A program made the translations under genes and the position numbers. Shown here piece by piece: positions 63,202 through 64,000 of a DNA stretch of 64,000 nt (its first letter is position 1; each line of letters opens with the position of its first letter). Source of the stretch: Octopus sinensis. Its lineage: Eukaryota. The notes beneath the pieces are model-generated. The model ran no database searches, was not told the DNA's origin, and was given only the letters and a program-made list of their open reading frames with translations. The stretch spans positions 26,722,001-26,786,000 of the forward strand of contig NC_043013.1 in NCBI RefSeq assembly GCF_006345805.1. The letters run 5' to 3'.

Positions 63202-63439
63202 CACATAACCCATGCCAGCATAGAAAGTGGATGTTAAACGATGAGGAGGAGGAGGAGGCGGAGGATGATAATGATATATTTACATATATATAAGGACAAG
63301 AAGATAGGGAATATATTTCTTTCAGTCACTTGTACTGGGGTTTCTTTAGTTATTGTGTCCTCACTTTAACTGTCCATAGAGGATACTTCTTAGAGAGATA
63401 TTACTTATAGAGACATTAGTTATAAACCATCAACACTAA

Positions 63440-63760
63440 AGGCTTAATTTAGTCAGAAGTAAAGAGCAGTGCCTATGATATCTGCAAATCCTCTGGGACT
63501 AGTGTGACTGATTACTAAACATCTTCAAGTTAATGTTTGGAGTTGATGGGTGAGGAAGGTGTCTTGAAGAATTGACAATCTGGAGAGAAAGTATTCAGAG
63601 AGGTTTTGGGTGCAAGATCTGATGGCAATGGGGTGGAGATAGAAAGGGTGTGGATAAAAGAAGGGGAGAAAAGTGTGTTGTATGTTGCATGTGTGTCTGC
63701 ATTGAAGTGGTATGCAAACAGCTAGCTGACAGAGGAGCAAAGTCTGTTGTAACAACAAGA
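63440..63760 (-). mobile_element. Possible decayed PLE RT N-terminal fragment
   Basis: PFYLHP..SCTQNLSEYFLSRL loosely resembles PLE FYLLPKIHK..CPTE.LS.YLD. Confidence 0.28.
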
Positions 63761-64000
63761 CAAAGTTTATTGTTTGTAAAAAAAAAAAGTGTCTGTTTAT
63801 GATGAAAATTAAGCTAGGCTAATCCTTTGTGAATCACAAGAAACTATAAAGCTGGTGGTGCTTAAATGCTGTTTCCATAGCATTAAGCAGATGAGAGATC
63901 AGCATATTAGATAGGAGGCTACTCAATCGTAAGAGAAATTGAACTTGGCATAGCAAAATAGCAAATTACTTTTGAATTCCTCAAATCTATAGTTCTGTCA

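Overview
AT-rich, microsatellite-saturated eukaryotic DNA with one 100-N gap (27021-27120). The tRNA-derived SINE families and (TA)n/(TG)n load resemble an Octopus/coleoid cephalopod genome (inferred from recalled repeat motifs, not a database match). No intact, nameable protein gene is visible, and nearly all ORFs in the supplied track are microsatellite read-through. The window is a patchwork of SINEs, Penelope-like element (PLE) RT and GIY-YIG fragments, RTE, CR1 and RLE-type LINE fragments, mariner, Tigger and piggyBac remnants, and several MITEs or fold-back elements. Scattered short splice-bounded segments may be exons of an unidentified + strand host gene (low confidence). The main hidden signal is a dense set of type I hammerhead ribozyme (HHR) motifs from several unrelated PLE-type terminal-repeat families. 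Five have an intact CUGANGA/GAAA core (425-475, 2662-2711, 14551-14593, 18570-18605, 20522-20604) and about 8 more are decayed, many by CpG transitions. Several sit in inverted-repeat fold-back mini-elements.
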